Shown here in pieces: positions 56,043-64,000 of a stretch of 64,000 nucleotides of DNA (position 1 is the stretch's first letter; every line of letters starts with the position of its first letter). The stretch spans positions 1 through 64,000 of the IMG/VR virus record IMGVR_UViG_3300047510_001751, one strand, 5' to 3'. The translations under genes and the position numbers were made by a program. Origin of the DNA: a virus. The notes beneath the pieces are model-generated. The model searched no databases. It saw only the letters and a list, made by a program, of their open reading frames with translations, and was not told where the DNA came from.

Positions 56043-56115
56043 GAATTCTACATCCGTATAGAAAGGGGGTACACCCAACCTCTCGGAGGGCACTTTCCAC
56101 GGCTCTAATTGTCAC
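56043..56115 (-). ncRNA. Structured 5' leader of rlpA (candidate cis-regulatory RNA)
   Basis: CCGT-GGAAAG/CTTTCT-ACGG enclosing TGCCC/GGGTG stem with CC-GAGA-GG tetraloop; promoter TTGACA-N18-TATAGT at 56169-56198. Confidence 0.5.
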
Positions 56116-56238
56116 TCACGTTGTCATGATATGAGCTTTACAATTATTACAAACTGTAAAGCACTCATACTATAGCACCTATTTAGTTGTCTTGTCAACC
56201 CCCCGTGGATAAATATATTTGGTGGGGAACCCGAACGT

Positions 56239-56430
56239 ATGCCGAGAGAGTGGAACACTCCGATTAGAGAGCCATGGAATGCTCCTATTCATAACACATT
56301 AAAAGCAATAGATAACCACACTCAAGAATACTTTAAGAGTGGCGATAAATGGCATCTACAAAAAGCAGATCAACTTAGGCAATATTTACACGAGTTAAAA
56401 ACCTGGATACATCATCAAGAAGGAAGATGA
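56239..56430 (+). CDS. Conserved cyanophage hypothetical protein
   Basis: MPREWNTPIREPWN; ATAAATA upstream. Confidence 0.75.
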   Translation: MPREWNTPIREPWNAPIHNTLKAIDNHTQEYFKSGDKWHLQKADQLRQYLHELKTWIHHQEGR

Positions 56431-56666
56431 AATTTAATTTAACCAAACTTATTTTTATAGTTTGTTTTTCTACTGTTGGATTTGTTGGGTTAAATTTCAT
56501 TGCCTGTAATTTCATGTTACCAGGATCAATCATTAGTGCTAATGTTCTTGGGGGATTAAAAAACCCCCCTCCTTTAGATTGTAAGGAATCTGAAAGAAGA
56601 GGGTATGAAACTTTATTAACTATTCTCACTACAGTAATTGCTCTACGAGCTAAGGTAGAAGATTAA
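56427..56666 (+). CDS. Small membrane protein (possible holin-like)
   Basis: Two hydrophobic segments; convergent with lysozyme gene. Confidence 0.6.
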   Translation: MKFNLTKLIFIVCFSTVGFVGLNFIACNFMLPGSIISANVLGGLKNPPPLDCKESERRGYETLLTILTTVIALRAKVED

Positions 56667-57133
56667 GAAACCCAGAGTTTACCCTCTGCCTTTCTTCTTC
56701 TAAGTAGTCCTGCCTCTACATTACTACCAGGATTACGATACATCTCTAGAACTTTAGGAACGTCGTTCCATTTTTGATCTTTTAAGATACGAGTGATAGT
56801 ATTAAAATTCCCAGAACCATAGAAATTAGCGCCGAGATTATAAGCAAAAGATAATAATGCTCCACGTTGATTGTCATTCATCTCACTCCAATAAGGAATT
56901 TTTTGTAGGGCAGGTAAGAATCTATGCTCAACATCATACATCAGATATTCATCTGCTTGCTGTTGAGTAATAAACTGACCTAACATAAAGGTAGATCCAT
57001 CTGGTCTACGAGTGCTTCCCCATCCTATTGTAATAGGAGCAGCACCTGTTTTGGGATCTGGGTATGCTTTTAAATGACAACCTTCAAACTCTTTGATTAG
57101 TTCTAGCCCTCGATGAGGAATAGAACTTACTAC
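56663..57133 (-). CDS. GH24 phage lysozyme domain, reachable by -1 frameshift from the upstream peptidase
   Basis: GLELIKEFEGCHLKAYPDP...ITIGWGST...ALLSFAYNLG...GLLRRRKAE; catalytic E/D/T lie upstream of first ATG (56986). Confidence 0.88.
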   Translation of the reverse strand, partial: VVSSIPHRGLELIKEFEGCHLKAYPDPKTGAAPITIGWGSTRRPDGSTFMLGQFITQQQADEYLMYDVEHRFLPALQKIPYWSEMNDNQRGALLSFAYNLGANFYGSGNFNTITRILKDQKWNDVPKVLEMYRNPGSNVEAGLLRRRKAEGKLWVS

Positions 57134-57139
57134 TTTTTT
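57099..57139 (-). promoter_or_regulatory. Candidate -1 frameshift signal (A AAA AAG + 5 nt + hairpin)
   Basis: Heptamer 57139-57133 then TAG TAA; AGTTCTA-TT-CCTC-ATC-GAGG-GC-TAGAACT. Confidence 0.78.
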
Positions 57140-57834
57140 ACGGCGTCAAAAACTCTACCCCAACCATCATTGCCTTTTGGGCACCATCTACGTGCCAACT
57201 CAGATCGTTTGTATACCGCTCCTCTACCATTGGTAACAGGACCCGTATAGCCATCGTTAAGGCTTCCATACGGGTCATGAACGATGTAGTCTCCAGCGGG
57301 GGTCTTCCCAATCACAACACACATGTGGCCTCCTGTAGGAGCACTGAGAGGTCCCCTGTGAAGGATGCCAATTACCATTGGACGATTTGCTGCTAATTCT
57401 TTATCGAGATCAGCAAATGACAAATCATATTTGAATGCAGATTTAATACCATACCCCATCAAGACACGAGTTTGTACAGTATGATCGGTTGTATCCCCAG
57501 CAGCAAATACTTTCTGAACATAAGCATCGTCACCTTTAGGACCTTTCAGTGTGCCTGGTTTAAAATATTCAAGACACATAGCACAAGCAGAACTATTACA
57601 AGTTCGTTGAGCATCACGATAATTATCTGTTTGAGGGAACCAAGGGAAGTTTTCAAGAATATTAGTTGCTTGTTTTTGAACTGATGTTCTGTATGTTTTA
57701 ACCCAACCAGAAGTATCTTCTAATTCTTCTGGGGCTGATTTTTCCAAAGCATGAAAAAACATTTCAACTGCTTTTACGTGATTGGGATTCTTCTCATCAA
57801 AATGTTTAAAGAAGTTATGTAAATTAATTTTCAT
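57130..57834 (-). CDS. C39-like cysteine peptidase (endolysin N-terminal part)
   Basis: QTDN...RTCNSSACAM; GGHMCVVIG; YIVHDPYG (Cys-His-Asp). Confidence 0.82.
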   Translation of the reverse strand: MKINLHNFFKHFDEKNPNHVKAVEMFFHALEKSAPEELEDTSGWVKTYRTSVQKQATNILENFPWFPQTDNYRDAQRTCNSSACAMCLEYFKPGTLKGPKGDDAYVQKVFAAGDTTDHTVQTRVLMGYGIKSAFKYDLSFADLDKELAANRPMVIGILHRGPLSAPTGGHMCVVIGKTPAGDYIVHDPYGSLNDGYTGPVTNGRGAVYKRSELARRWCPKGNDGWGRVFDAVKK

Positions 57835-58169
57835 TGTTTTTCTCTGTGAAGTTGAATGTAATACTCGGCATCTACTACGACTAATGGTTTCTTGCCATTC
57901 TTTTTCATGACAAGGACTGGTTCATAATCACCTGAGTTTGCTTGAGCTTGTTCGTAAGCATCCCAAACATTTAACTTTTCTACATTCTTACATTCAATGC
58001 TGTGGGGAAACTTTTGTCTGGCAGCTCGTGCCATGATTAAATCTTCTCCACCAGCGCCCATCGATCTAGATTCAATATCTTCAGGATGAACGTCAAGCAT
58101 TTCAATAAGTTTGTCACGTACCCATTGCTGAAGACGACGACCTTTCGCTTTCGCTGACTGAACTTTCAT
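57831..58169 (-). CDS. Holliday junction resolvase-like PD-(D/E)XK nuclease
   Basis: KAKGRRLQQWV...GEDL...SIECKNVE...PVLVMK. Confidence 0.65.
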   Translation of the reverse strand: MKVQSAKAKGRRLQQWVRDKLIEMLDVHPEDIESRSMGAGGEDLIMARAARQKFPHSIECKNVEKLNVWDAYEQAQANSGDYEPVLVMKKNGKKPLVVVDAEYYIQLHREKQ

Positions 58170-58208
58170 AATAAAAAACCCCCATATAGGAGGTATTTAT
58201 CTATTCAA

Positions 58209-59393
58209 TTAAAGTTGGAACCCAACAAATGTATCTTTAGTTACGTCTTGTTTGAGACCACCAATAACATAACTTTCAACTTCTGTTTCTTGTGGTGCTA
58301 CTTGCATAGACTTAGAATTTAACCAGTGCTCAGTCCAAGGAAGTGGATTGTTATTAAGAGGAGCATCAAAGATTGGATTAAATCCAATTGCTTTTAGACG
58401 ACGATTAGCAGTCCACTCAACATACTTCTGAAGTAGTTTAGCATTCAAACCAATCATAGAACCATCTTTAAACAGATAGTCAGCCCAAAGTTTTTCTTCT
58501 TCTACACATTGTTTGAACATGTTATAAACAGTCTGCTCTTCTTCTTTAGCAATTTTAATCATATCAGAATCATCACCCTGATTCCATTTATTAATAATGT
58601 TTTGGGTAATAACAAGATGCTGTGACTCATCACGGGCGATTAAACCAATGATCTTAGCATTACCTTCCATGAGTTTGAGTTCACCGAAAGCAAACGAGCA
58701 AGCAAAAGAAACGTAGAAACGAATACCCTCAAGAATATTTACGTTCATGACAGCAAGATACAATTTACGTTTCAGATCATAAAGAGTTTCTTTGGCAGCA
58801 GGAACACCTTCAAGTTGATGCTGCCATTGATTACCAGAAGAATAATCTTGAGCAGCCTGAATAAAATCATCGTATGCTTTAGTTACACTTTGAGCACGTT
58901 GTAAAATTTGCTCATCGTGAATGATTGTATTAAACACCTCAGTTGGATCTGGATAGACATTCTTAATAATGTAAGTATAAGAACGACTATGTACCATTTC
59001 CATAAACTCCCACACTTTCATACATGCTTCCAGTTCAGGAAGAGAACAGTGGGGAGCGAACGCCATACTAGGACCACGACCCTGAACAGAATCTAGAAGA
59101 ATCTGATACTTAAGATTAGCAGTGAAGATATGCTTTTGCTCTGGACGAAGTGATTGAAAATCAGCACGATCCTTTTGAAGGGAGACCTCCTCAGGTCTCC
59201 AAAAGTATCCAAGTTGAGTTTGAGTAAGTTTATCAAACACAGGATATTTAAACTGATCGTATCTTTGGACCCCCAAGGGGGCACCAAAGAACATCGGTTG
59301 TTTTAAAGTATTGACATCTGCTGTGTTGAATACAGTCATGCCGTCGATCTTGCTCATGGGTTCTTCGGTAAGTTTAAATTTTACAACTGTCAC
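58209..59393 (-). CDS. nrdB: Ribonucleotide reductase class Ia beta subunit
   Basis: YFWRPEEV...LDSVQGR...E-x2-HSRSY...EGIRFYVSF...RDE-x2-H...APQE. Confidence 0.97.
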   Translation of the reverse strand: MTVVKFKLTEEPMSKIDGMTVFNTADVNTLKQPMFFGAPLGVQRYDQFKYPVFDKLTQTQLGYFWRPEEVSLQKDRADFQSLRPEQKHIFTANLKYQILLDSVQGRGPSMAFAPHCSLPELEACMKVWEFMEMVHSRSYTYIIKNVYPDPTEVFNTIIHDEQILQRAQSVTKAYDDFIQAAQDYSSGNQWQHQLEGVPAAKETLYDLKRKLYLAVMNVNILEGIRFYVSFACSFAFGELKLMEGNAKIIGLIARDESQHLVITQNIINKWNQGDDSDMIKIAKEEEQTVYNMFKQCVEEEKLWADYLFKDGSMIGLNAKLLQKYVEWTANRRLKAIGFNPIFDAPLNNNPLPWTEHWLNSKSMQVAPQETEVESYVIGGLKQDVTKDTFVGFQL

Positions 59394-61695
59394 AATCTTC
59401 TTCCTCCAAAGTCAATAGGTCATGAATGAAATTATCTGTTTCTTGAGGCTTTTCAATAATTACCTCATCTTTCTTAGCATCGTATGTGTTTTGATAGTAA
59501 GAAGTTTTCCAACCGTATTTGTAAGTGTTCAAGAAATCTTGAGCCATTACACTTACTGGTACTTCATTGTCGGAATAGTTTTCTGGATTGTATGACCAGT
59601 TCCCCGAAATCGCTTGGTCAAAGAACTTTTGCATAACAGCAACAATATTGATATACCCAGTATTGTTAGGCATATCCCAGAGAAGCGTATAATTGTTCTT
59701 AAGAGATTGATAACTGGGGACAATCTGCTTGAGAGGTCCCTTCTTCGATTTCTTAACGGACAAGTAATCTCTAGGTGGCTCGATTCCATTTGTGGCATTT
59801 GACACAACGGAACTGCTCTCCGAAGGCATCTGTGCGGACAGTGTTGAGTGCCTGAGACCGTGAGCCAAGATGGATGCTCTAAGTTCTTCCCAATCATAAT
59901 TGAGGTTGTTTGGTACGATTTCGTCTACGTCTTTTTTGTAAGTGTCGATTGGGAGAATACCGTCAGAGTATTTTGTTCTATTAAAATATCCACAGGCTCC
60001 TTTTTCCTTGGCGATTTCGTTGGAAGATTTGAGCAGATAGAACTGGAAAGCTTCAGTAAGGTCGTGGACGAGTTGCCATGATCTTGAATCGTCATAATGT
60101 TCTCCATGTTTAGCTAGATAGTGAGCAAGACCAATATAACCAATACCAAGAGAACGACGGTTGATCGTAGAAACCTCAGCAGCCTTGACTGGATAATTCT
60201 GGTAATCAATTAACTCTTCAAGACCACGAACAGAAAGATCACAAAGTTCTTCCAGTTCATCTAGATTTTTTAATTTCCCTACGTTAATAGCAGAGAGAAT
60301 ACAAAGGGCAATTTCTCCTTCTCCATCAATGTGCTCAATGGGATCAGTTGGAAGTGTAATCTCCTGACAGAGATTAGACATATAAACTTTATCTTTAAAG
60401 GAAGAATGAGTATTACAATGATCGATATTCATAATGTAAATACGACCAGTTTCTGCTCTTTCTTTTAGAAGATCAAGAATCAATTCTTGAGCGCCAACTG
60501 TTTTCTTTTTGATGTTTGGATCCTTTTCGTACTTTACGTAGAGTTCATCAAACTCAGGATAACCAAATGCTTTATAAAGACCAGGAACGTCATGTGGCGA
60601 GAACAATGTAATGTCTTCGTTCTTGATAAACCTTTCATAGAAAAGTTTACTAGTTTGAATTGAGTAATCAAGTTTACGAACTCGATTATCTTCAGTTCCT
60701 TTATTGTTTTTGAGAACTAGAATATCTTCTATTTCTTGGTGCCAGATTGGAAAGTGGACAGTAGCACTTCCACCACGAATCCCGTTTTGTGTACAGCATC
60801 TGACAGTCGATTCAAACTTTTTGAGGAATGGGATAACCCCTGTATGAGCAACTTCTCCGCCTCGGATCTTACTGTTGACTCCACGGATTCTGCCAGCGTT
60901 GATGCCAATACCCGCCCTTTGAGCAACATACTTCCCGATAGCCATATCAGAACTAAAGATGCTATTGAGGGTGTCATCAGAATCAATAAGAACACAACTA
61001 GCAAATTGTCTAAGTGGTGTTCTGACTCCCGCCATGATTGGTGTTGGGATGTTGATCTTGTGCTTGGAGATGGCATTGTAGTAACGGCGAACGTAATCCA
61101 ATCGTACTGAAAGTGGATACTCAGCAAACAATGTCAGAGCAATCATCATATACATGTATTGGGGAGTTTCATATACCTCACCACTACTTCTATCCTGGAC
61201 AAGATACTTGTCAACTACTTGACGTAGACCAGCATAAGAAAATAGATAGTCACGTTGATGATCAACCCAACCATTAATTTTTGCCCAATCCTCATCAGAA
61301 TACTTGTCTAGGATTTCTTCATCATATACTTTCAGAACTGTTGAATTATATAGGGCAACATCATAGATGCTAGGCATACCCTCTTTCCAAATATTCTTGT
61401 GGAACACTTGTTTACGAAGAGCAAACAAAAGGAGGCGAGCTGCTACAAATTGATAGTTAGGATTCTCTAAAGAAATTAAATCACTGGCAGAACGAATAAG
61501 AATTTCTTGAATATTTTCAGTCGTAATACCGTCATAGAATTGAAGACCAGAATTCATTTCTACTTGAGAGGCTGAAACCCCAGCAAGACCATCACAAGCT
61601 TCATCGACCATACGATGAATCTTATCCAAATTTAAAGCTTCAATGGTGCCATCACGTTTTTGAACTTTAATGCCGTTGCTCATACTTTCTTCCAT
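59374..61695 (-). CDS. nrdA: Ribonucleotide reductase class Ia alpha subunit
   Basis: ATP cone; PTPIMAGVRT...ASCVL; SNLCQEI; MPSESSS; GWKTSYY; start may be 61683. Confidence 0.98.
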   Translation of the reverse strand: MEESMSNGIKVQKRDGTIEALNLDKIHRMVDEACDGLAGVSASQVEMNSGLQFYDGITTENIQEILIRSASDLISLENPNYQFVAARLLLFALRKQVFHKNIWKEGMPSIYDVALYNSTVLKVYDEEILDKYSDEDWAKINGWVDHQRDYLFSYAGLRQVVDKYLVQDRSSGEVYETPQYMYMMIALTLFAEYPLSVRLDYVRRYYNAISKHKINIPTPIMAGVRTPLRQFASCVLIDSDDTLNSIFSSDMAIGKYVAQRAGIGINAGRIRGVNSKIRGGEVAHTGVIPFLKKFESTVRCCTQNGIRGGSATVHFPIWHQEIEDILVLKNNKGTEDNRVRKLDYSIQTSKLFYERFIKNEDITLFSPHDVPGLYKAFGYPEFDELYVKYEKDPNIKKKTVGAQELILDLLKERAETGRIYIMNIDHCNTHSSFKDKVYMSNLCQEITLPTDPIEHIDGEGEIALCILSAINVGKLKNLDELEELCDLSVRGLEELIDYQNYPVKAAEVSTINRRSLGIGYIGLAHYLAKHGEHYDDSRSWQLVHDLTEAFQFYLLKSSNEIAKEKGACGYFNRTKYSDGILPIDTYKKDVDEIVPNNLNYDWEELRASILAHGLRHSTLSAQMPSESSSVVSNATNGIEPPRDYLSVKKSKKGPLKQIVPSYQSLKNNYTLLWDMPNNTGYINIVAVMQKFFDQAISGNWSYNPENYSDNEVPVSVMAQDFLNTYKYGWKTSYYQNTYDAKKDEVIIEKPQETDNFIHDLLTLEEEDCDSCKI

Positions 61696-62672
61696 TCGGT
61701 TAACTTAAGTTTTGCTTCTAAACCTTGATAGGTGTTTGATTCTACCACACTTTGAACGTTGTGTCCAGTCATCACCATATCATTGATATCTTTTTCAATA
61801 ATAGTGGATGGCCAAATAACTACACGTTCTCCATTATCAATTGCTTTTGTGTATTTGGAAACGATTTCTTTATTTCTAGGTTCGTTATCAAAAACATAAA
61901 CTAGTTTGTATTCGCTACCATTGAGATTAACATCGCTGCCACACATGGCAATACTATTGGAAAGGAACATGCTGTCAAACGGTCCTTCGGTAACGTAGAT
62001 TGTTTCATTTTCATCTACTCTATCCATCCCAAATATCTTGGTCTTTGAATCATCTAACATGATTGTAATGTATCTGATCTTGGCTTTAGGAGCCATTGAA
62101 CGACCCTGATATCCAAACATGTTACCTTCTTTATCCCTGAGTGGTATGATAATTCTGGGACCATCTTGCTTCAAGTTTGGGAAAACTTTTTGCTGAGAGT
62201 TCGTCCATTCTTTAAATTTGGGACAGTAGTAAAAGTAATCTAAATCTTTAATTTTTCTTTCTTCTAGGTACACCCGAGCTGGGTGTGTAATATTTAGTTC
62301 TGAAATCTTCTCAAGATCAATTCCTGTTTTCCTTTTCTGAAACTCAGGTTTTGTAAAATTGAAGTCTGGATTTTTGGTCTGTGTATTTTTTCCTGTAAGA
62401 CCCTCTCGATAACGCTCCATCACATACTGATTGTGTAGATGAGCACAGTTATCTTTTAGGAAATTCGTGAACGTTCTTCCCACGCCACAGTTGTGGCACT
62501 TAAACACAAAGTCATTTTTTATCTTAAAAAGATACCCTCTAGTCTTGTTCTGATGTTTCTTACTATCACCACAGTAAGGGCATCGGAAGTTGTAGAGGGA
62601 ATCTTTTTTCTTGGCGAATTTTTGAAGCTGAGGGGAAACTAGACCAATGTACTTGACATCAATGTAACTCAT
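61680..62672 (-). CDS. gp61: DNA primase gp61
   Basis: FRCPYCGDS...KCHNC; TEGPFDSMF TOPRIM; VFDNEPRN; KDINDM. Confidence 0.95.
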   Translation of the reverse strand: MSYIDVKYIGLVSPQLQKFAKKKDSLYNFRCPYCGDSKKHQNKTRGYLFKIKNDFVFKCHNCGVGRTFTNFLKDNCAHLHNQYVMERYREGLTGKNTQTKNPDFNFTKPEFQKRKTGIDLEKISELNITHPARVYLEERKIKDLDYFYYCPKFKEWTNSQQKVFPNLKQDGPRIIIPLRDKEGNMFGYQGRSMAPKAKIRYITIMLDDSKTKIFGMDRVDENETIYVTEGPFDSMFLSNSIAMCGSDVNLNGSEYKLVYVFDNEPRNKEIVSKYTKAIDNGERVVIWPSTIIEKDINDMVMTGHNVQSVVESNTYQGLEAKLKLTEWKKV

Positions 62673-63100
62673 CGTGTAGTGGTTTGTTCAGTCCTCCCAT
62701 CATAGCGCAACGGAAGCATGTTGTCAACAAATGGGACTACGAATCCGACCAGCAAAATGGCGGCACCCACGAGAGCCGCCGCCTGCCATTTGAATTTTGA
62801 TAATTCGTTTACGTTTGCTTCTACTGTTTCTAATCTTTTGATGACAGCTTTATGCTCTTCAGAATTTGAATGCTTGACATCTTCAATCATTCTAATCATA
62901 AGCTCATCTGTTTTGAGACTTTGCTCAATTCGTTCATCATGCTTAGCTAAAATTGTAGCAATACGTGAATTGCCTTCTGAAATTTTATCTACAGCATTCT
63001 CCAACTTGTCTAGCATCTCTCTTGATAGGGACTCATAGATGTTTAATTTAGATTCCAATACATCCAATTTAGCGAGGTCTTTTGAAAAATTGTTAAACAT
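62669..63100 (-). CDS. Coiled-coil protein with C-terminal membrane helix
   Basis: Heptad-rich N-part; WQAAALVGAAILLVGFVV. Confidence 0.75.
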   Translation of the reverse strand: MFNNFSKDLAKLDVLESKLNIYESLSREMLDKLENAVDKISEGNSRIATILAKHDERIEQSLKTDELMIRMIEDVKHSNSEEHKAVIKRLETVEANVNELSKFKWQAAALVGAAILLVGFVVPFVDNMLPLRYDGRTEQTTTR

Positions 63101-63111
63101 CTACTTATCCC

Positions 63112-63837
63112 TCAGATATTTCTTACGGCGAAATCAAGGGCACTTTGGTATGTCGAAGCATCTTTATTAAGCATGTATCTAAATTGCTGTTGATTCTCTG
63201 GGGAGAGGGAAGCATAAGTAGCAGCAATTTTCTTAGCAGAAAAATTATCTAAGTTTTGAACACTACCATCATCAAATTGAATTTTGGCGAATTGTGTTTC
63301 ACCGTGAGTTAGTTCTGAAGTAGCTACTTCTAAAGCTACTTCCACAGCATCAAGTTGTCTTGTAGATTCCATAATTAAACCTCCATCATGTTCATAAGAA
63401 TTTTTTAACGAAACTTTTTTTTGTTGTTCAGAAGCTCTTTTTTTAAAGTCTGAAAGACGAGCTTTCATTAATGTATCCATTTCTTTAGTTTTAGTCATCA
63501 TTTTAGCTTTCGCTTCATCACGTTTCTTTTGTAAATCTTTTTGACGATTTAATTTTTTTTGCTGACCAATCTGTTTCTGGGCTCTCTCGGTTTCGGAGGG
63601 CACCGCTTCAGAAATTAATTGTTGTAATTCTTCTTTCATTTGCTTTCTTCTTGAAATACGAGAGAGTAGATTTTTAGCACCCTTTGTTCTGCCATCAATT
63701 TTATCGGCATTATTTTTTTTATATTTTCTATGCTGTTTTGGATTGACTAAAACAAACGCTGGTGGTAGTTGAAGACCACTACCATCTCCAGCAGAATTAA
63801 TCATTTCGTTTATATTAGGTTCAATTGTTTTAGACAT
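63112..63837 (-). CDS. Conserved hypothetical protein
   Basis: 241-aa ORF; LPPAFV...DGRTK motif. Confidence 0.75.
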   Translation of the reverse strand: MSKTIEPNINEMINSAGDGSGLQLPPAFVLVNPKQHRKYKKNNADKIDGRTKGAKNLLSRISRRKQMKEELQQLISEAVPSETERAQKQIGQQKKLNRQKDLQKKRDEAKAKMMTKTKEMDTLMKARLSDFKKRASEQQKKVSLKNSYEHDGGLIMESTRQLDAVEVALEVATSELTHGETQFAKIQFDDGSVQNLDNFSAKKIAATYASLSPENQQQFRYMLNKDASTYQSALDFAVRNI

Positions 63838-64000
63838 TCTTCGTCAACGTCTTTATTAAGGGTCTCTGGTAATCTATTTAGGAATAACAAAAATGCCTTA
63901 AGTATTGGCCAATATATTGTTTCAATTTTAAAAAATAATAAAGGGGTAGCAGCATCATCAAATACATTATACATTAATATAATATGGTTTAGAATAAGGT
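63810..64000 (-). CDS. Conserved hypothetical protein (partial, starts beyond window)
   Basis: LILNHIILMYNVFDDAATPLLFFKIE...YWPILKAFL. Confidence 0.75.
   Translation of the reverse strand, partial: LILNHIILMYNVFDDAATPLLFFKIETIYWPILKAFLLFLNRLPETLNKDVDEECLKQLNLI

Noticed and set aside
58209-62672. Inteins or introns in nrdA, nrdB, primase
   Set aside because: Lengths are normal and no splicing motifs or interruptions are visible.

Overview
A 64-kb segment of a large AT-rich T4-like cyanophage (cyanomyovirus). psbA without an adjacent psbD and a cyanobacterial SLH-porin are compatible with a freshwater Synechococcus/Cyanobium-type host (inference). Left to right: tail-collar and giant (3504 aa) virion proteins; a tRNA/ncRNA cluster interleaved with homing endonucleases, cpeT and a 2OG-Fe(II) oxygenase; the baseplate/tail module (split gp5, hub, two paralogous tape-measure-like proteins, gp51, gp26, gp54-like, gp4, gp2, gp48, gp53); replication and nucleotide genes (gp32, gp33, exonuclease, phoH, thyX, rnh); a glutamine-riboswitch/DUF4278 unit; speD; psbA; a plus-strand tail fibre; hli x2, petF, porin, second cpeT, more tRNAs; rlpA; a lysis locus; nrdB, nrdA and primase. 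The strongest unexplained signals are two candidate programmed -1 ribosomal frameshifts, each with a slippery heptamer, short spacer and hairpin before an ORF lacking a usable start codon. One would fuse a C39-like peptidase to a GH24 lysozyme; the other would fuse gp26 to gp51 just upstream of the tape-measure-like genes. A tandem of CCA-terminated tRNA-mimic RNAs sits inside the tRNA operon. All product calls are from motif recognition by eye; no searches were run.
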